A stretch of 64,000 bases of DNA from Thermoanaerobaculia bacterium (GTDB lineage: Bacteria; Acidobacteriota; Thermoanaerobaculia; UBA5066), in assembly GCA_963719225.1 (NCBI GenBank), contig CAVRAY010000001.1, positions 320,001 through 384,000 on the forward strand, in the 5' to 3' direction. The position numbers and the translations under genes are program-made. The notes beneath the pieces were generated by a model. The model worked only from the letters and a program-made list of their open reading frames with translations, was not told the DNA's origin and ran no database searches. Positions 8,560 to 18,433 of the stretch are shown here, one piece after another (the first letter of the stretch is position 1; each line of letters opens with the position of its first letter).

Positions 8560-9909
8560 CTACTTCCCGCCCGCGAAGATGGGCAGGGACGGCGCGGAGG
8601 GCGCGGGGGGAGCGATCGGCTCGTGCCCCGCGGGCGCGTCGGCCATGAGGACCGGCAGAATCTGACCCGTCAGCGGATTCCAGACCTTCACGCCCTCTTC
8701 CGTCCTGACCTCGAGCGGCTTTCGAATGAACGTCTCGCGCGCGGCGTTGTGCGCGCACATCGAGACGAAGCCGCGGTCGGTCGCGACCATGAACGTACAG
8801 GCGGCGACGCGCTCGGGATCGAGATCGTTCGCGTCCATGAAGTTGTGAATGATGAGCGTGAGCTTCCGGATCTCCTTCCGCCCCTCCCAGAGGGCGCGCG
8901 CGTGGCGCCCCGTGAACAGGACGAGCCGCTTCAGGATCAGGAAGAGAAAAGCCGGCCGCGCGAGGGACCAGAAGAGGACGCGCGCGCCCGTGCGGAAGGC
9001 ATTGATCCGCGAATAACGGAGGTCGGTCGTCTCGCGAATGATCGCCGCGAAGAGGGCCGCGTCCGTATTCAGGTCGAGGAAGCGGTCCTTCGCGAGAAGG
9101 ACGTAGGACACCGAGTTGCAATCCGGATGGCCGACGCGGATGTTGTCCCAGGAAAGCCCCGTCCCGCACGCCTCCTCGATGCGTCGGCGCACGTTCGGGA
9201 GCGTGATGGCGCTCGTCCTCTCGGTGAGGACGCCGCGTCCGGTCGCGGCCTGGATCTGGAACGAGGCGAGGCCCACGACGTCGGCGTTCTTCGAGAAGAA
9301 CCTCAGGAGGGCCGGAATCTCCGCGAGGTTGCCGTCGAAGACCGTCGTGTTGAAGATGACGTGAAGACCGAGGCCGCGCACCCTCTCGACGTACTCCTGC
9401 CGGATCGCGTTCAGGCTTTCTTCCGAAGCGTAGCCCTTGCGCTCCTGGGTGAGATCGACGTGGATGGCGACGTCCGTGAGTCCGGCTTCCTTCAGCTCCC
9501 GGGCGAGGTCTCGCGTGAGCTTGATGCCGTTCGTCATGAGCGAAGGCTCGAGACCGAGGTGAGCGGCTTCCCTCACGATCGCGACGAGCTCCTCGCGCTT
9601 GCGCAGCGTTGGGTCGCCGCCCGTGATCTGCACGCTCACGCCGTCTCCGTACCGTTCCCGCACGCGCGCGAGGCGCTCGAGGACGAGCGCGAGAGGGATG
9701 TCCTTGACCTTTTCGGACGACTCCGAGAGATAGCAGAGCGTGCAGTCGAGGTTGCAGCGTTGGGTGATCTCGACGGCGACGCATCCGACCGAATACCTTC
9801 GTCCGATGGCCTGCGCCGGGACGCGGAGCTTCGGGTCGAGCTTCTCGAAAGCCGCCTTCAGCTTCGCGCGCCGGCCGGGGAGGTCGTCGAAGACAGGGAG
9901 TCCTTCCAT
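8560..9909 (-). CDS. Radical SAM protein, Tes/MJ0619-related C-terminus
   Basis: CNLDCTLC, TGGDPT, MTNG; C-terminal HPDC...FMD...RVAAC...SMCAHN. Confidence 0.88.
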   Translation of the reverse strand: MEGLPVFDDLPGRRAKLKAAFEKLDPKLRVPAQAIGRRYSVGCVAVEITQRCNLDCTLCYLSESSEKVKDIPLALVLERLARVRERYGDGVSVQITGGDPTLRKREELVAIVREAAHLGLEPSLMTNGIKLTRDLARELKEAGLTDVAIHVDLTQERKGYASEESLNAIRQEYVERVRGLGLHVIFNTTVFDGNLAEIPALLRFFSKNADVVGLASFQIQAATGRGVLTERTSAITLPNVRRRIEEACGTGLSWDNIRVGHPDCNSVSYVLLAKDRFLDLNTDAALFAAIIRETTDLRYSRINAFRTGARVLFWSLARPAFLFLILKRLVLFTGRHARALWEGRKEIRKLTLIIHNFMDANDLDPERVAACTFMVATDRGFVSMCAHNAARETFIRKPLEVRTEEGVKVWNPLTGQILPVLMADAPAGHEPIAPPAPSAPSLPIFAGGK

Positions 9910-9981
9910 GGGTTTCCATCATCTTATCCGTTTGAGACCCGGTCTCCGGATCACCGGGGCCTCCCGTCGTACCCTTGGCGG

Positions 9982-10461
9982 ATGAAAGCGCCCTCCGACG
10001 AGCGGTTCATGCGGGACGCCCTCGCGACGGCCGGCCGGGCTCTCGCGCATGGCGACGTGCCGGTCGGCGCCGCCGTCGTGAAGGATGGGGCGGTGCTCGC
10101 GCGGGGGCGCAACGCGCGGGAGAGAGACGGCGATCCCACCGCCCACGCCGAGATCGTCGCGATCCGGCGCGCGGCGAAGAAGCTCGGCACGTGGCGGCTC
10201 GAAGGCTGCACGCTGTACGTTACGCTCGAGCCCTGCGCGATGTGCGCGGGCGCGATGGTACTTGCGCGCCTCCCGCGGCTCGTCTACGGCGCCGCGGACC
10301 CCAAGGCGGGATTCACCGGCTCTCTCGGTGACCTCGTCCGGCATCCCCGGCTCAATCATCGAGTGGAGGTCACGGGGGGAATCCTCGGGACGGAATGCGG
10401 CAGAATGCTCGTGGAGTTCTTCAGTGAAAGACGAGCCGAAAAGCCCTACGCGGCGCGCTGA
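9982..10461 (+). CDS. tadA: tRNA adenosine(34) deaminase
   Basis: DVPVGA, DPTAHAE, TLEPCAMCAGA, LNH motifs. Confidence 0.95.
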   Translation: MKAPSDERFMRDALATAGRALAHGDVPVGAAVVKDGAVLARGRNARERDGDPTAHAEIVAIRRAAKKLGTWRLEGCTLYVTLEPCAMCAGAMVLARLPRLVYGAADPKAGFTGSLGDLVRHPRLNHRVEVTGGILGTECGRMLVEFFSERRAEKPYAAR

Positions 10462-11173
10462 GACGCCGTTCGACGCCCCGGAGGCGCCCGCCCTGCGCTG
10501 CCCTTCGTGCGGCGCCGCGGCCACGGAAGGCGATCGCGCGTGCGGGCACTGCGGCTCGCTCCTGTCGACGCGCCGGTGCGCGGTCTGCTTCGCGCTCTCG
10601 CCCCGGGATGCCGAACGCTGTGTGAGGTGCGGCGCGCTCCTCCCGGCCGAGGCTCTGAAACCGGCCGCCGGCAGCTGTCCGGACTGCCGTCAGCCGCTCG
10701 TCGCGCGGACGGCCGGAGTCGCCGGCTTCGCCGAGTGCGCCCGGTGCGGCGGCCTCTTTCTCGGGCAGGAGGTCTTCGACGCGGTTGCGAAGGACGCCGA
10801 CACGCGCCAGAAGGTCCGCGCGTACGACGAGATCCCACAGAAAGGGGCGAAGCCCGAAAAAGGCTTCCATTACCGCCCGTGCCCCGTTTGCCACAAGTTC
10901 ATGAACCGGTCGAATTACGGCGGAGGCTCGGGTGTCATCGTGGACGCCTGCGGGCCGCACGGCGTCTTCTTCGACAGGGGCGAGCTCACCCGCATCGTGG
11001 ATTTCCTCGAGAAGGGCGGCTGGGACCGGGTGAAAAAGCGCGAGAAGCAGAGGATGGAAGAAGAGATCTCCGCCCTGGAAAGCAGAAAGATGGGCGCGCT
11101 CGATCTCGGTTCGGGTCCCGGCGGCGGACTCACGGGAATCCTCGGGTTCCTCGCCTCGATCCGGGATCAATAG
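10424..11173 (+). CDS. Multi-zinc-ribbon protein (double zinc ribbon + zf-TFIIB-like)
   Basis: Seven CxxC plus CGPH knuckles, VIVDAC..HGVFFDRGEL; GTG with GGAG overlapping the tadA end. Confidence 0.8.
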   Translation: MKDEPKSPTRRAETPFDAPEAPALRCPSCGAAATEGDRACGHCGSLLSTRRCAVCFALSPRDAERCVRCGALLPAEALKPAAGSCPDCRQPLVARTAGVAGFAECARCGGLFLGQEVFDAVAKDADTRQKVRAYDEIPQKGAKPEKGFHYRPCPVCHKFMNRSNYGGGSGVIVDACGPHGVFFDRGELTRIVDFLEKGGWDRVKKREKQRMEEEISALESRKMGALDLGSGPGGGLTGILGFLASIRDQ

Positions 11174-11311
11174 AAGTCCTCCGGAACGGAACCGGCTCCT
11201 CCAAATCGGCGGCGGGGTTCGCGGCGCGGGGCTGCTGAAAACGAGCGTGAAACGGGGAGATCTTTTCCCCCTGCGCCTGCTATCCTTTTTCTCGACCAAA
11301 GAGGTGACCAG

Positions 11312-14300
11312 GTGAAGCATGCCGTGCTCCGCGGGATTCTCCCGCTGCTGCTCGTGACCGCCGGAACCGCCGCCGCACAGGATCCCGTCGAAGCCCGGCT
11401 GAGCCGGCCCGTTCCGGCCGACATCGGGAAACCCTCCGAGATCGCGATGCGACGCGCCGCGAGTACGACGATGGACCTGCGCCTTCTCCCGCAGACGAAG
11501 CCTCCCAAGTTCGAGAGGCCTGAGCGCGAGGAGCCGCCGATCACGCGAGTCGAGCTTCCCGGAGGCCCTTCCGTCCCGAGCGCGCCCGTGCCCCCGGTGC
11601 GGAACGCTCCCGCTCCCCCGACGATCGCGAACTTCGATGGGCTCGACTTCACCACGTGGGGCGCCGGGCACCCGCCCGACACGAACGGTGACGTCGGTCC
11701 GAACCATTACATCCAGACGATCAACACCTCGATCGGGATCTACGCCAAGACGGGCGCTTCGATCGCGGCGTTCACGTTCAACACCTTCATGAGCCAGGGC
11801 AGCTTCGGCAATTTGTGCGACACGAACAATTTCGGCGACCCGGTCGTGCTCTACGACTCCTTCGAGGATCGCTGGGTGATCACCGACTTCGCCTTCCAGC
11901 TCAACAGCGGGAACGTCGTCAACCCTCCCGGGTCCTTTCAGTGCTTCGCGGTCTCGAAGACGGGTGACCCGGTGGCCGGCGGCTGGAACTTCTACTCGAT
12001 CAACACGGCCGGCGGGCTGGGCGATTACCCGAAGTTCGGGGTCTGGCCGGACGGCATCTACATGTCGGCGAACATGTTCGGATATCCGTCCGGCGCCCCC
12101 TTCCAGAACCCGCGCGTCTACGCGTTCAACAAGGCGCAGATGTATGCCGGCGCGCCGACCGTCCAGGTCGTCACGTTCAACGCGCCGTCTTCGGACTTCA
12201 CGCTGCTGCCGAGCAACGCGCGCCTTCAGACCGGCACTCCGCCCCTCGGCTCGCCCAACTACTTCGTCTCCAGCTGGCAGTTCCTGAACGCGCTCACGGT
12301 TTACAAGATGCACGTCGACTGGGTCCGTCCCGCGTTGTCGACGTTCACCGGACCGGACACGCCGCTGGCGGCCACGAGCTGGCCGAACGCGGCCGTGCCG
12401 AACGCTCCTTCGCAGGGCGGCAACGCCCTGGACGTCCTCCAGATCCGGGCGATGATGCAGAACCAGTACGTGAACCTGGCGGGCGTGGAGTCGCTCTGGC
12501 TGCCCCACACCGTGAGAAGGGGGAACACGACCGGCTTCGCGGCGCCGCGCTGGTACCAGGTGGACGTCACGGGCGGCACCGTCGCCGCCAACATTCCCCA
12601 GGCCTCCACGTGGGACCCGGATGGCGCGAACGTGATCTACCGCTTCATGCCGAGCCTGGCCTTGGACCGCGCGGGAAACATGGCCCTCGGCTACAGCACC
12701 TCCAACAGCACCACGAAGCCGGCGATCAAGTATGCCGGGCGGTTCGCCGGCGATCCGGTGAACATGCTGCCTCAGACGGAACAGCTCCTCATCCAGGGCA
12801 CCGGTACGCAGACCGGGAACTGCGGCGGCGTGGCTTGCCAGCGCTGGGGCGACTACAGCGCGATGTCGCTCGACCCGGACGGGTGCACCTTCTGGTACAC
12901 GAACATGTACTACGCGGTCGACGGGCTGAATCACCTCACCCGGATCGGCAGCTTCACGTTCGCTCCAAGCAACTGCACCCCGGTCGGGGCGGGCGGGACG
13001 CTCTCGGGCACGGTGACCGCCGCGGTCGGTGGCGCGCCGATCGCGGGAGCCACGATCACCTTCGGAAGCCGGACGACCACGACAGACGGCTCCGGCGTCT
13101 ATTCCTTCACGAGCGTCCCCGCCGGTACCTATCCGAGTGTTACGGCGGGCGCTCCGGGGTACAACCCGAGCACCGCGACGAACATCGTCATCTCCGACGG
13201 CGCAACCACGACCCAGGACTTCTCGCTCGCGACGGCCCCGCGTAGCGCGTGTCTCGCGGACACGACCCAGCTCGACTTCCAGACCGGGGTGCCGACCAAC
13301 ATCGACCTGACGACGAGCCCGGGCGACGTGACGCTGTCCAAACCGGATCTGATCGACCAGCAGAACACCGCGGGTACGACGACCGGGACGGGCTTTGGGA
13401 CGCCCGCCTGGACGGGGCAGACCTTCATTCCGGCGTTGACCGGGCCGCTCGTCAAAGCCGAGGTTCAACTCTTCTGCAATGGTTGCGGAGCGACCCCCCC
13501 CGACCTCACGCTTTCCGTTCGCAGCACGAGCGCCGGCCTGCCGACAGGCGCCGACCTCGCCAGCACGACGATTCCCGGCTCGACGTTCGCGAGCGGGGCG
13601 AGCGTCGCCTTCACGGCGACCTTCGGCTCGCCGGCAGCGCTGACGACCGGAACGCAGTACGCGCTGATCCTGCGTCCCGTGTCGGTTCCGGCCGGGAGCG
13701 GCTATTTCTGGATTCGCTCCAGCCCCAGCACGTACGCGAACGGCTCGCGAGTTCTTTCGGGGGACAGCGGGGGGACCTGGTCGGCCGACGCCACGCGGGA
13801 CTACAACTTCAAGACCTACGTGAACAACGGATACGCGAGCTCCGGGAACCTCGTCTCCTCCGTCAAGGACGTCAACCCCGGCGCAGGGCTCGTGCCGCAC
13901 TGGACAACGCTCTCCTGGACCGGGTCGACCCCCGCGAACACCTCGTTGAAGTTCCAGGTGGCGGCGAGCAACAGCCCCGCCGGACCGTTCGACTTCGTCG
14001 GCCCCGACAGCACCGCGGCCACGTTCTTCACGACGAGCGGCGCCCCGCTCTCGCAGTTCAACGGCATGAGGTACCTGAAGTACGAGGCATTCCTGGACAC
14101 GACGGACTCCGCGGCGACCCCGGTCCTGAACGACGTGACGGTCTGCTTCTGCGATGCGCCGGCGGCGCCGACGATCACGCCGGGAGGACCGACGACCTTC
14201 TGCTCCGGCGGCAGCGTCATGCTGACCTCGTCGAGCGCGTCCGGCAACGAGTGGTACCTGAACGGCAACCCGATCGGCGGCGCGACGGCGCAGACGTACA

Positions 14301-15256
14301 TCGCGACGGCCTCGGGCAACTACACGGTCGTCGTCACGGCGAGCGGCTGCTCGAGCGCGCCTTCCGCCGCCACGACGGTCACCGTCAATCCGGTTCCGCC
14401 CACGCCCACGATCACGCCCGGAGGCCCGACGGTGTTCTGCACGGGCGGCAGCGTCACGCTGACCTCGTCGAGCGCGTCCGGCAACCAGTGGTTCCTGAAC
14501 GGCAACCCGATCGGCGGCGCGACCAGCCAGAGCTACTTCGCCACCGCCTCGGGCAATTACACGGTCGTCGTCACGACCGGCGGCTGCGCGAGCGCGCCTT
14601 CCTCCGCGACCGCGGTCACGGTCAACCCGGCTCCTTCGACTCCGGTCGTCACGGCGCCGTCGTCGGTGTACCCGGGCTCTGTGGGCAACACCGCTTCCGT
14701 TCCCTCGAACGCGGGCTCGACGTACGCGTGGACGATCTCCAACGGAACGATCACGGGCGGCCAGGGAAGCGCGCAGATCACGTTCACCGCCGGATCCATC
14801 GGGACCTTGACGCTCTCGGTCGTCGAAACCGGCGCCAACGGCTGCGCCTCGCAGAGCGGTTCGGCGAACGTCGACGTCGTCGGCTACCAGTTCTTTGCGC
14901 TGACGCCCTGCCGCCTGCTGGACACGCGCGATCCCGACGGCCCGTACGGCGGTCCGGCGCTGCCTGCGCTGTCCTCGCGTACCTTCGTCGCGTCCGGCCA
15001 GTGCGGCATCCCCTCGGACGCGAAAGCCCTGGCGATCAACATCACCGTGACGGAGGGCGCAGCCGGCGGCGACATCGTCATCTGTCAGACGGGCATCGTT
15101 CCACCGGCGGTTCCGATCATCTCCTACGGCACCGGCCAGACGCGGGCCAACAACGGCATTCTGGCGCTCGGGGCCGGCGGCGACTTCATGGTGAAGAGCG
15201 AACAGCAGGCCGGCACGGTGCACGTGATCGTCGACGTGGAGGGTTATTTCCGATAG
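11312..15256 (+). CDS. Large secreted multidomain protein (PPDTNGDVGP domain, carboxypeptidase-regulatory-like, Ig-like repeats)
   Basis: Signal peptide, PPDTNGDVGPNHYIQ, RWGDYS, two Ig repeats, C-terminal LTPCRLLDTR...VIVDVEGYF domain. Confidence 0.88.
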   Translation: MKHAVLRGILPLLLVTAGTAAAQDPVEARLSRPVPADIGKPSEIAMRRAASTTMDLRLLPQTKPPKFERPEREEPPITRVELPGGPSVPSAPVPPVRNAPAPPTIANFDGLDFTTWGAGHPPDTNGDVGPNHYIQTINTSIGIYAKTGASIAAFTFNTFMSQGSFGNLCDTNNFGDPVVLYDSFEDRWVITDFAFQLNSGNVVNPPGSFQCFAVSKTGDPVAGGWNFYSINTAGGLGDYPKFGVWPDGIYMSANMFGYPSGAPFQNPRVYAFNKAQMYAGAPTVQVVTFNAPSSDFTLLPSNARLQTGTPPLGSPNYFVSSWQFLNALTVYKMHVDWVRPALSTFTGPDTPLAATSWPNAAVPNAPSQGGNALDVLQIRAMMQNQYVNLAGVESLWLPHTVRRGNTTGFAAPRWYQVDVTGGTVAANIPQASTWDPDGANVIYRFMPSLALDRAGNMALGYSTSNSTTKPAIKYAGRFAGDPVNMLPQTEQLLIQGTGTQTGNCGGVACQRWGDYSAMSLDPDGCTFWYTNMYYAVDGLNHLTRIGSFTFAPSNCTPVGAGGTLSGTVTAAVGGAPIAGATITFGSRTTTTDGSGVYSFTSVPAGTYPSVTAGAPGYNPSTATNIVISDGATTTQDFSLATAPRSACLADTTQLDFQTGVPTNIDLTTSPGDVTLSKPDLIDQQNTAGTTTGTGFGTPAWTGQTFIPALTGPLVKAEVQLFCNGCGATPPDLTLSVRSTSAGLPTGADLASTTIPGSTFASGASVAFTATFGSPAALTTGTQYALILRPVSVPAGSGYFWIRSSPSTYANGSRVLSGDSGGTWSADATRDYNFKTYVNNGYASSGNLVSSVKDVNPGAGLVPHWTTLSWTGSTPANTSLKFQVAASNSPAGPFDFVGPDSTAATFFTTSGAPLSQFNGMRYLKYEAFLDTTDSAATPVLNDVTVCFCDAPAAPTITPGGPTTFCSGGSVMLTSSSASGNEWYLNGNPIGGATAQTYIATASGNYTVVVTASGCSSAPSAATTVTVNPVPPTPTITPGGPTVFCTGGSVTLTSSSASGNQWFLNGNPIGGATSQSYFATASGNYTVVVTTGGCASAPSSATAVTVNPAPSTPVVTAPSSVYPGSVGNTASVPSNAGSTYAWTISNGTITGGQGSAQITFTAGSIGTLTLSVVETGANGCASQSGSANVDVVGYQFFALTPCRLLDTRDPDGPYGGPALPALSSRTFVASGQCGIPSDAKALAINITVTEGAAGGDIVICQTGIVPPAVPIISYGTGQTRANNGILALGAGGDFMVKSEQQAGTVHVIVDVEGYFR
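14168..14628 (+). repeat. Two tandem 237-bp intragenic Ig-like repeats
   Basis: PTITPGGPTxFCxGGSVxLTSSSASGNxWxLNGNPIGGAT... repeated with high DNA identity. Confidence 0.85.
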
Positions 15257-15321
15257 CGCGACTTCGAGCCGCCTTGACGCCCGCCTCCGTTTCGGGGCAA
15301 CCTGCGCGTTCCGCCGCGCGC

Positions 15322-15411
15322 GGACAGGTGTCCGAGTGGTTTAAGGAACACGGTTGGAAGCCGTGCGTAGCCGAAAGGTTACCGTGGGTTCGAATCCCAC
15401 CCTGTCCGCCA
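15322..15411 (+). tRNA. tRNA-Ser (anticodon GGA)
   Basis: GGACAGG/CCTGTCC stem, CACGG-TTGGAAG-CCGTG, long variable arm, GCCA end. Confidence 0.97.
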
Positions 15412-15437
15412 TCGTTTCGACCCGGAAGAAAAAGATC

Positions 15438-15453
15438 CGGCACGTCTTTCGCA
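15438..15453 (+). promoter_or_regulatory. sigma54 -24/-12 promoter
   Basis: CGGCAC-GTCTT-TCGCA (GG-N10-GC) upstream of 15501. Confidence 0.45.
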
Positions 15454-15500
15454 CTCCCCGGTGTGGTGCCGCTCCCCGGTGCCGGAAAGGGGTCTGTCTG

Positions 15501-15974
15501 ATGAAGAACGTACTCCGCCCGACTCTCGCGTGTCTCGGGGTCTCTCTCTCTCTGCTTCTCGCCGCGCCGATCGCCGTGGCCGCGGGCGGCCCGTTGCTCG
15601 AGAAGGAGATCGAGGTCCCGCGCACGACGCGCATCCCACTCGACCTCAAGTGGGAGAAGTGCGCCCTCGTGGACGTCGAGACGCAGAACGAGCCGTCCGA
15701 AAAGACGATAAAGGCGGCAAAGGACCACGACCCGAAGGACCTCACGTTCCTCCTCGTGCGCTTCCGCTACGCGAATACCGACTGGGTCGACCATCGCGTG
15801 CGCCTTCGCGCGGTCTTGCTCGACGCGTCGGGAAACGTCGTCGCGGACGCCGGCCGGACGGGCACGATGGACAAGAACCAGACGGACGACACGCTCAGCT
15901 TCCCGATGAAGGTGAAGACCGTGGACTGGGCGAACGCTCAGAAGATGAAGGTCACCGCGAGCTTTCTGAAGTAG
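15501..15974 (+). CDS. Secreted hypothetical protein (paralog of 56348..56806)
   Basis: Signal peptide MKNVLRPT...AVA; FRYANTD and RTGTMDK..DDT motifs. Confidence 0.82.
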   Translation: MKNVLRPTLACLGVSLSLLLAAPIAVAAGGPLLEKEIEVPRTTRIPLDLKWEKCALVDVETQNEPSEKTIKAAKDHDPKDLTFLLVRFRYANTDWVDHRVRLRAVLLDASGNVVADAGRTGTMDKNQTDDTLSFPMKVKTVDWANAQKMKVTASFLK

Positions 15975-16007
15975 CAGCCCCTATAATCCGCCGTTCCGAT
16001 CGGCCGC

Positions 16008-16097
16008 GGTGAGGTGCTGGAGTGGTTGATCAGGACGGTCTCGAAAACCGTTTTACCCGAAAGGGTAACGTGGGTTCGAATCCCACCCTCACCGCCA
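16008..16097 (+). tRNA. tRNA-Ser (anticodon CGA)
   Basis: GGTGAGG/CCTCACC stem, ACGGT-CTCGAAA-ACCGT, long variable arm, GCCA; TATAAT at 15982-15987. Confidence 0.97.
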
Positions 16098-16137
16098 TTT
16101 CGCCCGTTCTTCTTGCCCGGACGTGAGCAGGCGCCTC

Positions 16138-16165
16138 GGAACCTCTTTCGGGGGGTTGGCGTATT
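16138..16165 (+). promoter_or_regulatory. ECF-sigma-type promoter
   Basis: GGAACC-N16-CGTATT just before the GTG at 16175. Confidence 0.5.
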
Positions 16166-16174
16166 ACGTCCACA

Positions 16175-18427
16175 GTGTCCGAGAGCCGGCTGCGAGGGGT
16201 CGTCGTCCTCTCACTCTTGATCTGCGCCGGCGATGCCGCCGGGAGTGAACCGACGAAGGGCCCGGAGCTCCACGCCTCCCGGGTTGCCGGGCCGATCGTG
16301 GTCGACGGAGATCTCGATGACCCCGGTTGGCAGGGCGCGACCCGCGTGGAGACCTGGTATGAGACGAATCCAGGCGACAACCTTCCCGCCAAGCTGAAGA
16401 ACGTCGGGTACCTCGCCTACGACGACAAGTTCCTCTATGCGGGTTTCATGTTCGCCGACCCCGACCCATCCCGGATCCGCGCGCCCTTCGCGGACCGGGA
16501 CAACGTCTCGGGCTCCTCCACCGACTACGGCGGGCTCATCCTGGACACGAGAGGCGAGGCGAAGAACGCCATTCTCTTTCTCGCGACTCCGCGCGGCATC
16601 CAGTACGACGCCGTGACGGACGACAGCAGCGGCGAGGATTCGTCACCCGACTACCACTGGGAAGCCGCGGGCAAGATCACGAAGGTGGGCTGGCAGCTCG
16701 AGATCCGCATTCCGTTCTCCTCGCTGCGGTATCCCAAGGCCGAAGTCCAGAAGTGGAACGTCCTTCTCTACCGCAATTACCCGCGGGAGTTCCGCTACCA
16801 GATGTTCTCGGCGAAGCTGCCGCGAAACGAAAACTGTTTCATCTGCCACTCGAACCCGCTCTCGGGGCTTCAGGGGCTTCCCCGCGGGGGCAATCTCGTC
16901 GTGGCGCCGTACGGCACCGCGAAGGAGGAGGGCGTGCCGCGGGAGGGCCTCGGGAGCCCGCTCGTCAACCAGCCCGTCAAGCTGGACGGCGGACTCGACG
17001 TGAAGTGGACACCGAACGCCGTCACGGCCCTCGACGGCACGATCAATCCCGACTTCTCGCAGGTGGAATCCGACGTGGCCCAGCTCTCGGTCAACCAGCG
17101 CTTCGCCCTCTTCTATTCCGAGAAGCGCCCCTTCTTCCTGGAGGGAATCGATCTCTTCGCGACCCCGATCCAGGCCGTGTACACCCGGACCATCACGGCG
17201 CCCCGCTGGGGCGCGCGCGTCACGAGCAAGCTCGGGGGCACTTCGTTCACGGCGCTCGTGACCGAGGACAAGGGGGGAGGGAGCGTCATCCTTCCGGGGC
17301 CGAACGGCTCCAGGTTCGCCGACCAGGACTTCAGGTCTTTCGCCGCTGTCGGCCGGGTCCGGCACGAGATCGGAAACTCCTTCGCCAGTCTTCTCGTCGC
17401 CGATCGCGAGGTGCAGGGCGGCGGCTACAACCGGGTCATCGGTCCGGACTTCCAGTGGCGCCCGACGCCGCAAGACACCGTCCGGGGGCAGCTCCTCCTG
17501 AGCGCCTCGGAGACGCCTAATCGCCCCGAGCTCGCGGCCGAGTGGGACGGGCGAAAGCTTTCCGGGCACGCGGCGGACCTTTCGGCGTCCCGCAGCACGG
17601 CCGTCTTCGATGTGTACGGCGAATACAAGGACTTCGGAAAGGAGTTTCGCGCGGACGACGGCTTCGTCCCCCAGGTCGGCTTCCGGGAGGGCTACCTCGA
17701 GACCGGCTACACCCTCCGCCCGAAGAACGCCCCGATCACCCGACTCAGAACCTACCTGATCGGCGATTATCAGGCCGCGACGGAAGGCCCGCTGATCTTC
17801 CGGCAGATCTCTCCCGGGTTCGGGATGGACGGCCTCTGGAGCTCGTTCACGGGCATCCGGGTCGCGTTCGACCGCGTGCGGGCCGGCGACGTCACGATTT
17901 CCCGCACGCAGCTCATCTACACGGTGCAGCTCAGCCCTTCCCGCTTTTTCTCGCGGATCGCCCTCGACGGGTTCCTGGGAGAGGAGGTCGATTTCGACGG
18001 GGCGCGGCCGGGCCACGGGGGCCGGGTCACCGCATCCGCGAACATCCGCCCGACGAACCACCTCGAGCTGCAGTTCGACGGCGACCTCCGCTGGCTGAAC
18101 GTGAAGCCCTTCGAAGGAGCCGAAGCGAGACGCCTCTTCACCGCGGAGGTGGAGCGCCTGAAGGCCACGTACAACTTCACCGCCCGCTCGTATCTGCGGC
18201 TCATCGGCCAATACGTCCAGACGGAACGCGATCCGTCGCTGTACGCGATCCCGGTGAGCGAGCGCGATGGGTTCTTCAGCGGGTCGCTCCTCTTCGCGTA
18301 CAAGCTGAACTGGCAGACCGTCCTTTTCGTGGGCTATGGAGACAACCGGACCCTCGTCGAGGAAAACCGTCTCGAGAAGGCCGACCGTCAGTTCTTCCTG
18401 AAGGTCTCCTACGCGTTTCAGCGCTGA
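16175..18427 (+). CDS. CBM9-like + DUF5916 outer-membrane protein
   Basis: IVVDGDLDDPGW, EIRIPFSSLRY, TINPDFSQVESD...EKRPFFLEG, C-terminal FFLKVSYAF beta-signal. Confidence 0.88.
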   Translation: MSESRLRGVVVLSLLICAGDAAGSEPTKGPELHASRVAGPIVVDGDLDDPGWQGATRVETWYETNPGDNLPAKLKNVGYLAYDDKFLYAGFMFADPDPSRIRAPFADRDNVSGSSTDYGGLILDTRGEAKNAILFLATPRGIQYDAVTDDSSGEDSSPDYHWEAAGKITKVGWQLEIRIPFSSLRYPKAEVQKWNVLLYRNYPREFRYQMFSAKLPRNENCFICHSNPLSGLQGLPRGGNLVVAPYGTAKEEGVPREGLGSPLVNQPVKLDGGLDVKWTPNAVTALDGTINPDFSQVESDVAQLSVNQRFALFYSEKRPFFLEGIDLFATPIQAVYTRTITAPRWGARVTSKLGGTSFTALVTEDKGGGSVILPGPNGSRFADQDFRSFAAVGRVRHEIGNSFASLLVADREVQGGGYNRVIGPDFQWRPTPQDTVRGQLLLSASETPNRPELAAEWDGRKLSGHAADLSASRSTAVFDVYGEYKDFGKEFRADDGFVPQVGFREGYLETGYTLRPKNAPITRLRTYLIGDYQAATEGPLIFRQISPGFGMDGLWSSFTGIRVAFDRVRAGDVTISRTQLIYTVQLSPSRFFSRIALDGFLGEEVDFDGARPGHGGRVTASANIRPTNHLELQFDGDLRWLNVKPFEGAEARRLFTAEVERLKATYNFTARSYLRLIGQYVQTERDPSLYAIPVSERDGFFSGSLLFAYKLNWQTVLFVGYGDNRTLVEENRLEKADRQFFLKVSYAFQR

Positions 18428-18433
18428 GAGCCC

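Noticed and set aside
8623-9981. Long N-terminal extension of TadA (similarly the extended ORF-track starts for the GH57 branching enzyme, exonuclease, kinase and arsC)
   Set aside because: Extensions overlap other real genes; shorter starts have -10 or RBS support
10421-15223. Very long antisense or alternate-frame ORFs (also 3262-5898, 20326-23331, 53042-55231, 58800-62828)
   Set aside because: Arg/Gly/Ala-rich shadows of real high-GC genes, with no recognisable motifs
15384-16090. Shared GTGGGTTCGAATCCCACCCT as an att-site duplication
   Set aside because: Both copies are T-arms of complete tRNA-Ser isoacceptors; no integrase nearby
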